Assembly (NCBI GenBank): GCA_000999095.1
Contig: LCFP01000001.1
Location: forward strand, 10,230 to 74,229
Reading direction: 5' to 3'
DNA: 64,000 nucleotides
DNA from: Candidatus Gottesmanbacteria bacterium GW2011_GWA2_43_14
GTDB taxonomy: Bacteria; Patescibacteriota; Microgenomatia; 2-02-FULL-39-11
Below are positions 22,994-34,226 of the stretch, in pieces. A program made the translations under genes and the position numbers. The stretch's first letter is position 1, and every line of letters begins with the position of its first letter. Below the pieces are notes generated by a model. It made no database searches, was not told where the DNA came from, and saw nothing but the letters and a program-made list of their open reading frames with translations.

Positions 22994-24501
22994 TAAAAAT
23001 TTTTACTGAAACTTTCCAACGCCTTATTTAAATCCCTGCTAAGATCATCACTGATTTTTTCTTCGGTCCTGATTTTTTTCAAAATATCCTTATGCTGTGC
23101 ATTAAAGTATTCCAGCAGTCCTTCCTCAAAGTCACCGATTCTTCCGACAGGAATACTGTCCAAAAAACCATTGGTACCGGCAAAAAACAGGACGACCTGC
23201 TCTTCAACGCTCATAGGATTAAATTGTCCCTGTTTGAGAAGTTCGATCATCCGTGCACCCCGTTCAATCTGCTGCTTTGTTTTCTCATCCAGGTCTGTGG
23301 CAAACTGGGCAAAAGCAGCCAGGTCACGGTACTGTGCGAGATCAAGCCTGAGCCTGCCGGTAACCTGTTTCATGGCTTTAATTTGAGCGGCTCCACCGAC
23401 GCGGGAAACCGACAATCCGACATTGATGGCCGGACGGATACCTGCGTAAAACAAGTCGGATTCAAAATAAATTTGGCCGTCGGTAATGGAAATAACATTG
23501 GTAGGAATATAAGCCGACATGTCTCCGGCTTGGGTTTCGATAATCGGTAGGGAGGTTAAGGACCCGCCGCCGTATTTATCAGCCATCCTGGCACTTCTTT
23601 CCAAAAGTCTTGAGTGCAGGTAAAAAATATCACCGGGATAGGCTTCCCTTCCGGACGGTCTTCTCAATATCAGGGAAATCTGTCTATATGCCCAGGCATG
23701 CTTTGTCAGATCGTCATAAACTACCAGGGCGTCTTTTCCCTGGTCCATAAAAAATTCACCAATGGCAGTACCTGTGTAAGGGGCAATATACTGAAGTGAA
23801 GCCGGATCGGAAGCATTGGCAGCCACTACGATAGTATGTTCGATTGCATGATGGCGGTTAAAAAGATCTATTATTTGGGCAACCCGCGAAGATTTTTGTC
23901 CTATGGCTATATATATACAGATGACTTTTTTGCCTTTTTGATTGAGGATAGTGTCCAAAGTGACTGCAGTTTTACCCGTGCCGCGGTCGCCGATAATCAG
24001 TTCCCTTTGCCCGCGGCCGATGGGAATCATGCTGTCAATGGCTTTGATGCCTGTCTGAAGTGGTGTATTGACCGGCTGGCGTTTAACAACTCCGGGTGCC
24101 AATTTTTCAATGGGGTAGAATTTTTCGGTTTTAATGGAGCCTTTTCCGTCCAGAGGATTTCCCAGGGGGTCTATTACCCGGCCTATCAATTCATGGCCGA
24201 CTCCGATTGACAGCAATCTGCCTATTCCCCTGACACGGTCGCCTTCCTTAATATCCAGATAATTTCCCAGAATGACGATACCAACTTCTTTTTCCTCTAG
24301 GTTGATAGCCACTCCCAAAACCCCGCTCTCAAATTCAACCATTTCTGAATAGGATAAATCATCCAGACCTGAGACTTTAGCTACTCCGTCTGAGACTTCG
24401 ACCACATTTCCGATATAACCGGACTCAATTGTCGTTTTGACTTTATCAAGTTTTTTTAATAAATCACTGACAATAATGCTGGTAGAAATTTTATGAGCCA
24501 T
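22993..24501 (-). CDS. atpA: ATP synthase F1 alpha
   Basis: [32 protein letters not shown]. Confidence 0.98.
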
Positions 24502-24506
24502 ATCTA

Positions 24507-24749
24507 TTATTTCAGAGAGTCTTTTATTTTTTGCAGATCCCTTATAACGGAAGCATCCAGGAACCAGTCTCCTACCCTGACCGTAAAACCGCCCAAAAGC
24601 TGCCTGTCCAGTTCATTGGTGATCGTAACTTCTTCACCGAACAGTACTCGCAGTTTCATTTCAAATTCATTCCGTTGCCCCGCAGTTAAAGGCACCACGC
24701 TTTTGACAACCGCGGTTTTTAGCTTACTTACGGATTCTCCGGTTTTCAT
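24507..24749 (-). CDS. atpH: ATP synthase delta, short (C-terminal OSCP-like domain only)
   Basis: SVVPL...[20 protein letters not shown]; lies between atpF and atpA. Confidence 0.85.
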   Translation of the reverse strand: MKTGESVSKLKTAVVKSVVPLTAGQRNEFEMKLRVLFGEEVTITNELDRQLLGGFTVRVGDWFLDASVIRDLQKIKDSLK

Positions 24750-25249
24750 TATGCTTTTAATTTTCCCGAGACATCTTTGAGTTTTCTGTCAATCAAAGCC
24801 TTGTGGGCTGATTCTGACAGTGATTCCTTAATAACTTTCTCAACTATCTTCTCGGCAATTTCGACCGCTTTAACTTTTAGCTCTTTTTCCAATTCTTCCT
24901 TCAAAGCCTCGCTGTCACGCCTGGCCCTGGCATTAATCTCCTGGGCTTGCACATTTGCCTCATCAACTATTTCCGCTTCCTGCTTTTTAGCCGCTTTCTT
25001 GGTTTCTTCCAGAATTTTACGGGCATCTGCTCTGGCTTTACTGACAATTTCCTCCCGCTTCTTTTCACTTTTTTCAAATTCTGCTTTTGTCTTTTCACTG
25101 AATTCCACACCTTCCTCGATTTTTTTCTTGCGTTCAGCCAGCATTTGTAAAATCGGCTTATAAAGGAATTTCTTTAAAACCAAAAGTAGTATCAGGAAAT
25201 TAAGAGCCTGTAAAAGAAATGGTATTGGTTGTATGCCTAAACTCTCCAT
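24749..25249 (-). CDS. atpF: ATP synthase Fo b
   Basis: N-terminal TM (QALNFLILLLVLKKFLYKP) followed by charged coiled coil. Confidence 0.94.
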   Translation of the reverse strand: MESLGIQPIPFLLQALNFLILLLVLKKFLYKPILQMLAERKKKIEEGVEFSEKTKAEFEKSEKKREEIVSKARADARKILEETKKAAKKQEAEIVDEANVQAQEINARARRDSEALKEELEKELKVKAVEIAEKIVEKVIKESLSESAHKALIDRKLKDVSGKLKA

Positions 25250-25272
25250 AATATAACTGCCTGTCTGCCTCT

Positions 25273-25515
<243 letters not shown>

Positions 25516-25557
25516 TTAACTATTAACTTTAACAATCTTGATAAACTTATATATTAT

Positions 25558-26433
25558 TTAATGCCCCTCTTTGCTTACAGCCAATGAAAAGAAGACTGCA
25601 GCCAAAAGCGGGAACACTAAAGCCTGGATAAAACCGACAAACAGTTCCAGTCCCAAAAAGGGAATAGGTGCAAGTAACGGCATCAAAAAAGCAATTACCG
25701 TGAGCAGCACTTCTCCGGCAAAGATGTTGCCGAACAGCCTGAAAGAAAACGAAATGATTCTGGCAAATTCCGATACCAGCTCCAGAATACCGACCACAAA
25801 ATTAATGGGATTGGAGATATTAATAAATTTTTTAACATAATTCATTTTCAAAGCGGAGAGACCGGCAAATTGAATATAACCCATGGTGAGGATGGCTAAA
25901 GCCAGTGTTGTATTCAAATCAGCTGAGCCTGATCTCAACAGGGGCACAAAAATCTTTTGATCTTCATTGCTTTTTCCATCAAACCAATCAGTTTGTGCTT
26001 TAACTTCTCGGCTGACTGCGGATTCGCCCGCATTTTTGTCTTCTTCCGCTAGTATTACTTCGGAGGCGCTGGCAGATCGGATAATGCCCGCATGAACTTC
26101 CTCTTCTTCATAAATGCCGATTGTTCCAACTCCGGGCAGTAATCCTGACCAGTTGTTGAAAATAATAAACAGGAATAAAGTCATTAAAAACGGAAAAAAT
26201 TTGGCATTGTTCTCATGTAGTATTTCCTCAAATAGGTCATGGATACCGCCGATAATGGCTTCCATTATTGACTGCAGATAACCGGGGATCAATTTTATGC
26301 CTGAAGATACTTTCAGAGCCAAAATAATTAATACGGCCATTACCAGCCAGGTCGTCAGCAGGGAATTGGATACCGGTATACCCATAAAAGTAAAGATTGT
26401 TTCAGCGCTTAAAGATATGTGAATCGATGGCAT
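25558..26433 (-). CDS. atpB: ATP synthase Fo a with long acidic loop insertion
   Basis: ADLNTT, SFSFRLFGNIFAGE, FIQALVF. Confidence 0.95.
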   Translation of the reverse strand: MPSIHISLSAETIFTFMGIPVSNSLLTTWLVMAVLIILALKVSSGIKLIPGYLQSIMEAIIGGIHDLFEEILHENNAKFFPFLMTLFLFIIFNNWSGLLPGVGTIGIYEEEEVHAGIIRSASASEVILAEEDKNAGESAVSREVKAQTDWFDGKSNEDQKIFVPLLRSGSADLNTTLALAILTMGYIQFAGLSALKMNYVKKFINISNPINFVVGILELVSEFARIISFSFRLFGNIFAGEVLLTVIAFLMPLLAPIPFLGLELFVGFIQALVFPLLAAVFFSLAVSKEGH

Positions 26434-26449
26434 ATATTAATTCAAACCG

Positions 26450-26728
26450 TTACTCCTGAGTCATATTTCTTATTGAACGGTACATGCTGTAAAGTCCGAC
26501 TATTAATCCTGTAAAAATCAAAGAGAGAGTCAGTCTAGGAGAGGTATTTAATTCCCTATCCAAATAGGAGCCCAATAAGGCTCCACCGACGAGAGGAACG
26601 ACGAGAGCAAAACCCAAATCTGATGCTAATTTAAATCCGTATACAATATTTCTTACTTCGGATGTATCTTTTTGTGCTGTTGCTTTCTTCTTCTCCGCAA
26701 TTCCCCGCTCTTTAGCTTTTGTTTTCAC
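26450..26728 (-). CDS. AtpZ/AtpI-family (ATPase gene1) membrane protein
   Basis: GFALVVPLVGGALLGSYLD...P two-TM pattern; first gene of the atp operon. Confidence 0.8.
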   Translation of the reverse strand: MKTKAKERGIAEKKKATAQKDTSEVRNIVYGFKLASDLGFALVVPLVGGALLGSYLDRELNTSPRLTLSLIFTGLIVGLYSMYRSIRNMTQE

Positions 26729-26804
26729 TCTTTAATTATGGTTTTATTTTAGATTGGCGAATGAAACCAGTCAAGATGCCGTCACGATGCACCTGAAATG
26801 CCTT

Positions 26805-29800
26805 TCAAACCATCAGTTTGGCATCATCGACAAGGACAGCCAGCCGGTCGTCTTTTTCGCTGACTTTGCCTTTTACCAAAACAACTTTATCGGAAATCCA
26901 GGTGAATTTGGTCCGTTCAAAAACCGTAGGGAAGACAACCAATTCTATTGACCCGGTAAAGTCGTCTATTTTGACGAATGCCATTTCCTGTCCGCCATTT
27001 CTGGTAGTAATTTTTTTTACCTGGGTTATGATGCCGCCCACAACAACAGTTGATTTGACCTGACTGGCCAGCATGTTGAGTCTGTGCGAGACTCTTTTCT
27101 CCAATTCATTTATCTGGTTGGAAAGAGGGTGTTCCGTGATATAAAAACCTAAAAATTGTTTTTCGAAAAGCAAAAGCTCCTCCCTGGAAAGTTCTTCCAT
27201 CTCCGGCAGGTGGTCGGTGATTTCTTCGCTCTCGTCGGTCACAAACAGACTGACCTGGCCGCTGTCTTTTTTCATCTGTCCCTTGTGCACTCTTTCAATA
27301 ATTTCCGAAAAAGCAGCCAGAAGCGAGGATCTTTTACCGAACTGGTCCATGGCTCCCGCTTTTATCAGGCTTTCCACCGTTTTCCGGTTGACTTTGGACA
27401 AGTCTACCCTGGTGATGAAATCGGTAAAAGATTTGAAATCGCCATTTTTATCCCTGGTTGCCAGGATGGAATCGATAGCTGCCGTTCCCACATTTTTAAT
27501 GGCCGAAAGCCCGAACCTGATTTTGCCTCCGGCATCTTCGTCGCTCTCAATTTTAAACTCGACATCAGACTTGTTGATGTTCGGTCGAAGTAGGCTGATC
27601 TTCATCCTGCGGCATTCGAGAATCGCCTGGGCAATTTTATCGTCACGGGCAGGTCCCGATGCACCGCGGCTTTCTGCAGCCAGAACAGCCGTCATAAACT
27701 CGACCGGGAATTTCTGTTTCATATAGGCGGTCTGGTAAACTATCAAAGCGTAGGAAGCTGAATGGGCTTTATTGAAGCCGTAGCCGACAAACTTTTCGAT
27801 CAAGGAAAAGATCTTTTCCGCCATCTCATCCGACAAACCCCTTTTGGCACATCCTTTGATGAACTTTTCCTTTTCCTTTTTCATGACTTCCCTTTTTTTC
27901 TTGCCGATGGCCATCCTGAGTTTATCGGCCTCCACCATGGAATAACCTGCCATTTTATTGGCGATCAACATGCATTGTTCCTGGTAGACGGCAATGCCGT
28001 AGGTTTCAGCCAGAATTGATTTCAAATCAGGGTGGATGTATTTGATTTTGCGGGGATTTTCCTTGGATTCGATAAAAGTCGGGATCCACTCCATCGGGCC
28101 AGGCCGGAAAAGGGCAACCATGGCGGAGATATCGGTAAATTTTGTCGGTTTCAAATCCCTGGCCAGTCTGCGCATACCGGATGATTCCATCTGGAAAATG
28201 CCCGTTGTCTCCCCGGAAGAAATCAATTTAAAGACGGCTGCATCATCCAAAGGCAGGTTGCGCAAATCAATGTCAATTTGCTTGGTAGCCTTTACGAACT
28301 TGATGGCATTTTCCAGGATTGTCAGGTTCCTCAAACCCAAAAGGTCCATTTTGAGAAGCCCGACCGCCTTGCCGTCTGCCGCATTCAGGTCCAAACAATA
28401 CATGTCATATTGGGTAATAATGCGCTGCCCTTTGGTTTCCCGTTGAAGAGGGGTATATTCTGTCAGCGGTTTGTCGGAAATTACCACTCCGGCCGCATGG
28501 ACTGAAGCGTGGCGGGCTACCCCTTCGAGTTTCCTGGCCAGATCAATCAGTTTCTTGGTCTCCGGTTCGTTTTGGTAAGCCTGCGACAGTTCAGGTGATG
28601 TCTGCACGGCTTTATCTATGGTCATGGGAAACCCCTGTGCACCGGGCGGTATTAATTTGGCTATCCTGTCGGGTTGGGCATAGGGCATCCCTAATGCCCT
28701 GCCGACATCGCGGATGGCTGCCCTGGCCTCCATTGTCCCGAATGTAATAATCTGTGCCACCCTGTCATTGCCGTATTTTTCAGTGACATAAGCGATAACT
28801 TCATCCCTGCGGGTATCGGCAAAATCAAGATCAATATCCGGCGGTGACGGACGGTCAGGGTTTAAAAACCGTTCAAAAGGCAGGTTGTGCCTGATCGGAT
28901 CAAGTTCGGTAATGCCGGTTGAATAGGCGACCAGACTGCCGGCTGCCGAGCCCCTGCCGGGCCCGACGGCAATTTCCTGTTTTTTAGCCCAGTTGACGAA
29001 ATCAGCCACAATCAGAAAATAAGTAGAATAGCCTTTCTTGGCAATAATGTTGAGTTCATAGTCCAGCCTTTTCTGAAGTTCCTCAGTCATATGCCCGTAG
29101 CGCTCTTTAACCCCGGCTGTGGCTGTTTTAGTCAGGAAAGATTCAGCTGTTTCGTCTTTGGGGACTTCAAACTGGGGTAAAATCCAGTTACCAAGGTCAA
29201 TTTCTACATTGCACTCGGCAGCTATTTTAACGGTATTTTCAATAGCCTCCGGGTATTGGATAAACAATCCCGTCATTTCTTCCTTGGACTTCAAATAAAA
29301 ATCCGGTGAATCGATCATGGAAATGGGGCGTTTCGGTTCGAGGATTGTATGCTGCGTTTGGACGCATAAGAGGATTTCCTGTGCGTAGGCGTCCTCCGGC
29401 ATAATATAATGTATATCGTTGGTAGCCACCAGTGGTATTCCCAGTTTGCGGGAAAGCGCAATCAGCTTCTCATTAACTTCATCCTGCTCCGGAAATTTAG
29501 GATGCTTCTGAAGCTCGAAATAATAGTCTTTGCCGAAAATCTCCAGAAATTCTTTGGCTTTCCTTTCGGCAGTCTCCTCCTGTTTGTGCAATAATAGTTG
29601 GGGCACCTGGCCGTTGAGGCAACCCGACAGGCAAATCAATCCCTCACTGTGCTCGTTCAGTATCTCCAGGTCGATTCGCGGTTTGTAGTAATATCCTTCC
29701 AGATTGGCGTGGCTAACCAGCTTCATCAGATTGTGGTAGCCTGTATTATTTTTGGCCAGCAGTAAAAGATGATGCTGGTCATTATCAGTTCCGTTCTGCT

Positions 29801-30032
29801 TTTCCAGACGTGAACGGGCCGCCTGGTAGGCTTCGACGCCGATGATCGGTTTGATGCCGGCCTCTCTGGCTGCAAGGTAGAATTTGATCACTCCGTACAT
29901 CGAGCCGTGATCGGTAATGGCCAGGGAATCCATGCCGAGTTCGCGGGTTCTGGCCAGCAAGTCTTTGATCTTGGCCAAACCGTCCAAAAGCGAAAATTCC
30001 GTATGGCAGTGCAGATGTACAAAATCAGACAT
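26805..30032 (-). CDS. dnaE: DNA polymerase III alpha subunit (start probably MSDFVHLH)
   Basis: HLHCHTEFSLLDG PHP domain, GRGSAAGS, PDIDLDF, YGFNKAHS, C-terminal OB fold. Confidence 0.97.
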   Translation of the reverse strand: MSDFVHLHCHTEFSLLDGLAKIKDLLARTRELGMDSLAITDHGSMYGVIKFYLAAREAGIKPIIGVEAYQAARSRLEKQNGTDNDQHHLLLLAKNNTGYHNLMKLVSHANLEGYYYKPRIDLEILNEHSEGLICLSGCLNGQVPQLLLHKQEETAERKAKEFLEIFGKDYYFELQKHPKFPEQDEVNEKLIALSRKLGIPLVATNDIHYIMPEDAYAQEILLCVQTQHTILEPKRPISMIDSPDFYLKSKEEMTGLFIQYPEAIENTVKIAAECNVEIDLGNWILPQFEVPKDETAESFLTKTATAGVKERYGHMTEELQKRLDYELNIIAKKGYSTYFLIVADFVNWAKKQEIAVGPGRGSAAGSLVAYSTGITELDPIRHNLPFERFLNPDRPSPPDIDLDFADTRRDEVIAYVTEKYGNDRVAQIITFGTMEARAAIRDVGRALGMPYAQPDRIAKLIPPGAQGFPMTIDKAVQTSPELSQAYQNEPETKKLIDLARKLEGVARHASVHAAGVVISDKPLTEYTPLQRETKGQRIITQYDMYCLDLNAADGKAVGLLKMDLLGLRNLTILENAIKFVKATKQIDIDLRNLPLDDAAVFKLISSGETTGIFQMESSGMRRLARDLKPTKFTDISAMVALFRPGPMEWIPTFIESKENPRKIKYIHPDLKSILAETYGIAVYQEQCMLIANKMAGYSMVEADKLRMAIGKKKREVMKKEKEKFIKGCAKRGLSDEMAEKIFSLIEKFVGYGFNKAHSASYALIVYQTAYMKQKFPVEFMTAVLAAESRGASGPARDDKIAQAILECRRMKISLLRPNINKSDVEFKIESDEDAGGKIRFGLSAIKNVGTAAIDSILATRDKNGDFKSFTDFITRVDLSKVNRKTVESLIKAGAMDQFGKRSSLLAAFSEIIERVHKGQMKKDSGQVSLFVTDESEEITDHLPEMEELSREELLLFEKQFLGFYITEHPLSNQINELEKRVSHRLNMLASQVKSTVVVGGIITQVKKITTRNGGQEMAFVKIDDFTGSIELVVFPTVFERTKFTWISDKVVLVKGKVSEKDDRLAVLVDDAKLMV

Positions 30033-30033
30033 T

Positions 30034-31056
30034 TTATTTCGGTCCGGCTTTTTTAAGACAAAATTCAATTACTTTTTTGTTTGCTTCCGTTGTTTGGGGA
30101 TTTAATTCCTTCATAATTTGTTCCAAAGGTTTTTCTTTTTTTATTCCCTTATTAATAATTTGAAATGATTGACTCATTAATAATGCGGTATCAATAATTT
30201 TTCTGCGAATTTCAAAATAAGTTAATTCGGAAAAATCTGGATTTTCATTTACCAGATAATTGATGACTTCCCTGAAAGTTGTAAATCCATCGGAAAAATT
30301 TATTGGCTCACCGCTTATCTGTTTTTCCGGATGATCTTGTCTTTTAACATCGCTAATTCCATAAGGCAAACCATCATCCCGGATAATTTGCATGGCTTTA
30401 GCTATCTCAGCATCATTACTTATTCCGGGCATGATAAGCATATTTTCATCCCCCCGGTATATTCTACCGGCGATACCGCCGGAAGATCTTAAAGCATTGG
30501 CCACAGCCTGGATCGCCCCGTTACCAAAATTATATCCAGGTTTATTATGTTTTTTTAGATTATCCAAATCAATAAAACAAATAGCGCTGTCACTTTCTCC
30601 CATCAGGAAATGTTCCAGCATTTCTTCCATACCCCTGACCATAAATCCTCTGTTGTATAAGCCTGTAGATTCATCTCTGATGCTATTGTTTTCCCAACCT
30701 AAATCTTTATCTATAAGCCTTACTGCGACTCCTCTGACCGCAGGCAAAGGCACATTCTGATTAATTAAAGTTTTCAACAGGTAAATATCTTCATCCAAAT
30801 CTTCCTTTTTGGATTTTTCTTTAAATACTCCACGGTAAATATATGTATCTCCGGCCTCATCTCTTTCGGTTAAGGCCTCTCTCATAACCTGATTGAGCCT
30901 ATCAGTCCTTTCCTGATTTACGCTATCCGGATCAAGCCAGAATAAAACACTCTTCCTGGCTTCAGGATAAGGTCCTTCAGCGACTAATTTTTTAGCAATT
31001 TCAGTCCGGGTTAATTCGAAGTTATTAAGTGGTATAAGCTCACTTTGCATTAACAC
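30034..31056 (-). CDS. Degenerate GGDEF-domain protein
   Basis: RDESTGLYNR, FIDLDNLKKHN, GYNFGN; RGDEN in place of GG(D/E)EF. Confidence 0.7.
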   Translation of the reverse strand: MLMQSELIPLNNFELTRTEIAKKLVAEGPYPEARKSVLFWLDPDSVNQERTDRLNQVMREALTERDEAGDTYIYRGVFKEKSKKEDLDEDIYLLKTLINQNVPLPAVRGVAVRLIDKDLGWENNSIRDESTGLYNRGFMVRGMEEMLEHFLMGESDSAICFIDLDNLKKHNKPGYNFGNGAIQAVANALRSSGGIAGRIYRGDENMLIMPGISNDAEIAKAMQIIRDDGLPYGISDVKRQDHPEKQISGEPINFSDGFTTFREVINYLVNENPDFSELTYFEIRRKIIDTALLMSQSFQIINKGIKKEKPLEQIMKELNPQTTEANKKVIEFCLKKAGPK

Positions 31057-31059
31057 ACC

Positions 31060-32397
31060 CTATTTTAGTTTAGTTTCCAATATTTTACGAGTGGTGTTTG
31101 CATCAGCGCGACCCCGCGTCTCCCTCATGACCTGGCCAAGAAGGAACATCATGGCTGTTTCTTTTCCGGCCCTGTAATCGGCAACTGCTTTGGGATTGGA
31201 ACTGATTATTTTAGAAATAATTTCCTCCAGCTCCTTATCCGGCATGGAAGAAACTTGTGACTTGGATTGGATCAGTTTAACCAGTTCTTCCGGAGATAAT
31301 TTCTTAATATCCGCTTTTTTGTTGATTATCCAGTTGGTTATTGTTTTTGCGGGCACGGTTTTGCTTATGGCGGCTTTTTCAAAATAAGCGGCAACCGCTT
31401 TTTCATCTGTCAGGATGACGGCATCATATTCGGACAAAACGTATTCTTTAATAAATCTGGTCAATTTCCGGTCAGGCAGTTCCGGAATCTGCGATTTGAA
31501 GGAATTGATTTGTGATTTCTGCCAGCGGATCGGAGGAATATCAGGCTCCGGAAAATAACGGTAATCCTGGGCTTCTTCTTTGGATCTTTGCGAAAAGGTG
31601 ATACCTTTCTTTTCGTCCCAACCGCGGGTTTCCTGTTCAGGCAGACTGCCCGTTTCCAGAATGGCTATATGCCTGTTAACTTCGTAATCAATGGCTTTTT
31701 TGGCAAAGGAAAAAGAATTTATGTTCTTGACTTCGACTTTATAGGGAGGCAGTTCGCCTGCCCTCGATTTGCTGACTTCACTGACTGAAATATTGGGCTC
31801 AAGTCTCATGGTGCCTTTCTCCATATCGGCATCGGAGATTTCCAGGTAGCGTATTATCTGATGGAGCTTTTTCAGAAAAATTCTGGCCTCTTCACTTGAC
31901 CGCAAATCCGGCTCGGTGACTATCTCGACCAGAGGCACTCCGCTGCGGTTGAAATCGATCAATGAGACTTTTTTACCGTCCACCGTGGCATGCATTAACT
32001 TGCCGGTGTCTTCTTCCAGATGCACCCTGGTTATGCCGATCCTTTTCTTTTCTTTTCCCGAAGTGATGTTCAAATAACCGCCGACGGCAAACGGCTGGTC
32101 GTACTGGGATATCTGATAACCCTTCGGCAGATCCGGGTAAAAATAATTCTTGCGGTCGAATTTGGAAAATAGGGGGATATCGCAATTCAGGGCTAGCCCC
32201 AATATGATGCACCACTCTACCGCCTTGCGGTTGGGAACAGGTAGCGCTCCGGGCAATCCCAAACAGACCGGACAGGTATAAATGTTGGGTTTGGGAGCTC
32301 CGAAAGGGTCATTTTTACAGCCGCAAAACATCTTGGAGGCGGTCTTCAGCTCCACATGTATTTCCATACCGATTATAGGATGGTAGTTTTTATTCAT
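31060..32397 (-). CDS. gatB: Asp/Glu-tRNA amidotransferase B
   Basis: IGMEIHVEL, FDRKNYFYPDLPKGYQISQ, DYRYFPEPD. Confidence 0.97.
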   Translation of the reverse strand: MNKNYHPIIGMEIHVELKTASKMFCGCKNDPFGAPKPNIYTCPVCLGLPGALPVPNRKAVEWCIILGLALNCDIPLFSKFDRKNYFYPDLPKGYQISQYDQPFAVGGYLNITSGKEKKRIGITRVHLEEDTGKLMHATVDGKKVSLIDFNRSGVPLVEIVTEPDLRSSEEARIFLKKLHQIIRYLEISDADMEKGTMRLEPNISVSEVSKSRAGELPPYKVEVKNINSFSFAKKAIDYEVNRHIAILETGSLPEQETRGWDEKKGITFSQRSKEEAQDYRYFPEPDIPPIRWQKSQINSFKSQIPELPDRKLTRFIKEYVLSEYDAVILTDEKAVAAYFEKAAISKTVPAKTITNWIINKKADIKKLSPEELVKLIQSKSQVSSMPDKELEEIISKIISSNPKAVADYRAGKETAMMFLLGQVMRETRGRADANTTRKILETKLK

Positions 32398-33809
32398 TAT
32401 GAAATCATTTCAGGCTTCTTTTTGTGCCAATCAGTTACCAGTTGGTACTGATGTCCGATATTAAGCAATATTTCTTCAGTAAACATTTTGCCTATAAGTT
32501 GCATGCCAATCGGCAGTTTATTTTTAGTAAAGCCGCATGGAACCGCCAATGAAGGCACACCTACAGGATTTTGGGTTACGGTATAAAAATCTGCCAACAA
32601 ATTCTGGAGCGGATCACCTATCAATTCTCCGATAACAGTCGGCGGAGTAGGATTAACCGGCATAAGAATTGCGTCAAATTTCGAAAGGATATCCTGATAG
32701 GCTTTGATAAATAATGTTCTGGCCTTTTGGGCTTTCCGGTAAAAAGCATCATAATAACCTGCTGATAAAGCGTATGTTCCGATCATGATCCGGCGCATAG
32801 TTTCTTCGGTGAAATTTGACCTGTCATTACCATATCTGATACCGTCGTATCTGGCTAAATTCGAGCTGGTTTCACAGGGTGCGATTACATAATAAACAGC
32901 CAATCCGTAGTCAAAAATCGGCATCGATACTTCCTCAACAGCTACCCCAAGAAAGTTAAATTTTTCAGCTGCCTCTAATATGGCGTTTTTAATCTCAGGA
33001 TCAAGTCCTTTTCCCAATAAATCTTTCGGCAAAGCAATTTTTTTTCCTTTTAGAGTTTTGTCCAGGGAAGCCGTATAAGTTGGTACGGGATTAAGGGAAC
33101 TGGTGGCATCATAAGGATCTTTTCCTGCAATCCTCTCCAGGATAATAGCGCAGTCTTCGGCTGTTTTTCCCATAGGTCCGACTGTATCAAAAGACGATGC
33201 ATAGGCAATTGATCCGTATCTTGATACCCGGCCGTAGCTTACTTTTAGTCCTGTTATGTTGCACCAGGCTGCAGGATTTCTGATTGAACCTCCTGTATCT
33301 TCTCCTATAGCGAATACTGACATGCGTCCGGCTAGAGCTGCTGCCGGACCTCCGCTTGATCCACCAGCAACACGCGTTAAATCCCAGGGATTATGGGTCG
33401 GTGCAAAATCAGTATTTTCAGTACTTCCGCCATGACCCCAGGCATCCTGATTCATTTTTCCGATTAAAACCGCTCCCAAATCATTGAGTTTTTTATAGAC
33501 TGTTGCATTATATTGAGGAATATAGTCAGCTAAAACGTTTGAGGCACAGGTTGTTCTAATTCCGCGGGTTACATAGGCATCTTTTAAGACGAAGGGTATA
33601 CCGCAAAGAAGATCGCTAACTTTGTGTTCTGCATCTATTGCTTTGGCTTTTTTTAAGACAGATTTTTTATCGAGGACGGTAATGGCCGAATTAATTTCAG
33701 AATCATATTTTTCAATATTTTTATATGTCTCTTCAATAATTTCAACACAGGAATAATCCCTTCTTTTCAGGCCTGAGTGTATTTCCTTTATTGTCTTATC
33801 GGTTATCAT
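32397..33809 (-). CDS. gatA: Asp/Glu-tRNA amidotransferase A
   Basis: Amidase signature GGSSGG...DTGGSIRNPA, SSNLARYDG. Confidence 0.96.
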   Translation of the reverse strand: MITDKTIKEIHSGLKRRDYSCVEIIEETYKNIEKYDSEINSAITVLDKKSVLKKAKAIDAEHKVSDLLCGIPFVLKDAYVTRGIRTTCASNVLADYIPQYNATVYKKLNDLGAVLIGKMNQDAWGHGGSTENTDFAPTHNPWDLTRVAGGSSGGPAAALAGRMSVFAIGEDTGGSIRNPAAWCNITGLKVSYGRVSRYGSIAYASSFDTVGPMGKTAEDCAIILERIAGKDPYDATSSLNPVPTYTASLDKTLKGKKIALPKDLLGKGLDPEIKNAILEAAEKFNFLGVAVEEVSMPIFDYGLAVYYVIAPCETSSNLARYDGIRYGNDRSNFTEETMRRIMIGTYALSAGYYDAFYRKAQKARTLFIKAYQDILSKFDAILMPVNPTPPTVIGELIGDPLQNLLADFYTVTQNPVGVPSLAVPCGFTKNKLPIGMQLIGKMFTEEILLNIGHQYQLVTDWHKKKPEMIS

Positions 33810-34120
33810 ACTTCCTCAAAAATGGCTTTTACCATAAAATACCCGTTGTGATTATTTTTGGAATTTGAAAGGGCTTCTGCTTGGGACAACATGCGTTCTG
33901 CATCAACGACATCATCTCGGAAAACATTTTCCTGCCCGGTTACCTGTGAAGTTTCCTCTGTATCGGTTGTATTTAACGATTTTAATTGAGAGACATAAGA
34001 CAGGACTGATGAAACGCTTTCAGCCATTTTTTTGATTTGTGCTTCCGTAAGCTTTAAATTAGCCAATTTAGCTAATTTCTTTATTTCGTCAGTTGTCAGT
34101 TTGGTACTAGCTTTATCCAT
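33806..34120 (-). CDS. gatC: Asp/Glu-tRNA amidotransferase C
   Basis: LAKLANL, NVFRDD, GYFMVKAI; directly upstream of gatA. Confidence 0.9.
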   Translation of the reverse strand: MDKASTKLTTDEIKKLAKLANLKLTEAQIKKMAESVSSVLSYVSQLKSLNTTDTEETSQVTGQENVFRDDVVDAERMLSQAEALSNSKNNHNGYFMVKAIFEEV

Positions 34121-34175
34121 ATCTATTTATGAATATACTATTATAATATTTTTTTAATCTCCGATCATAACGTAT

Positions 34176-34205
34176 AAAAGAAGCCCCGGTTGCAGGGCTT
34201 CTTTT
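34176..34205. terminator. Intrinsic (bidirectional-type) terminator downstream of glnA
   Basis: AAAAGAAGCCC-loop-GGGCTTCTTTT perfect 11-bp inverted repeat. Confidence 0.75.
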
Positions 34206-34226
34206 AAATGTTTATTGCCAATTTGC

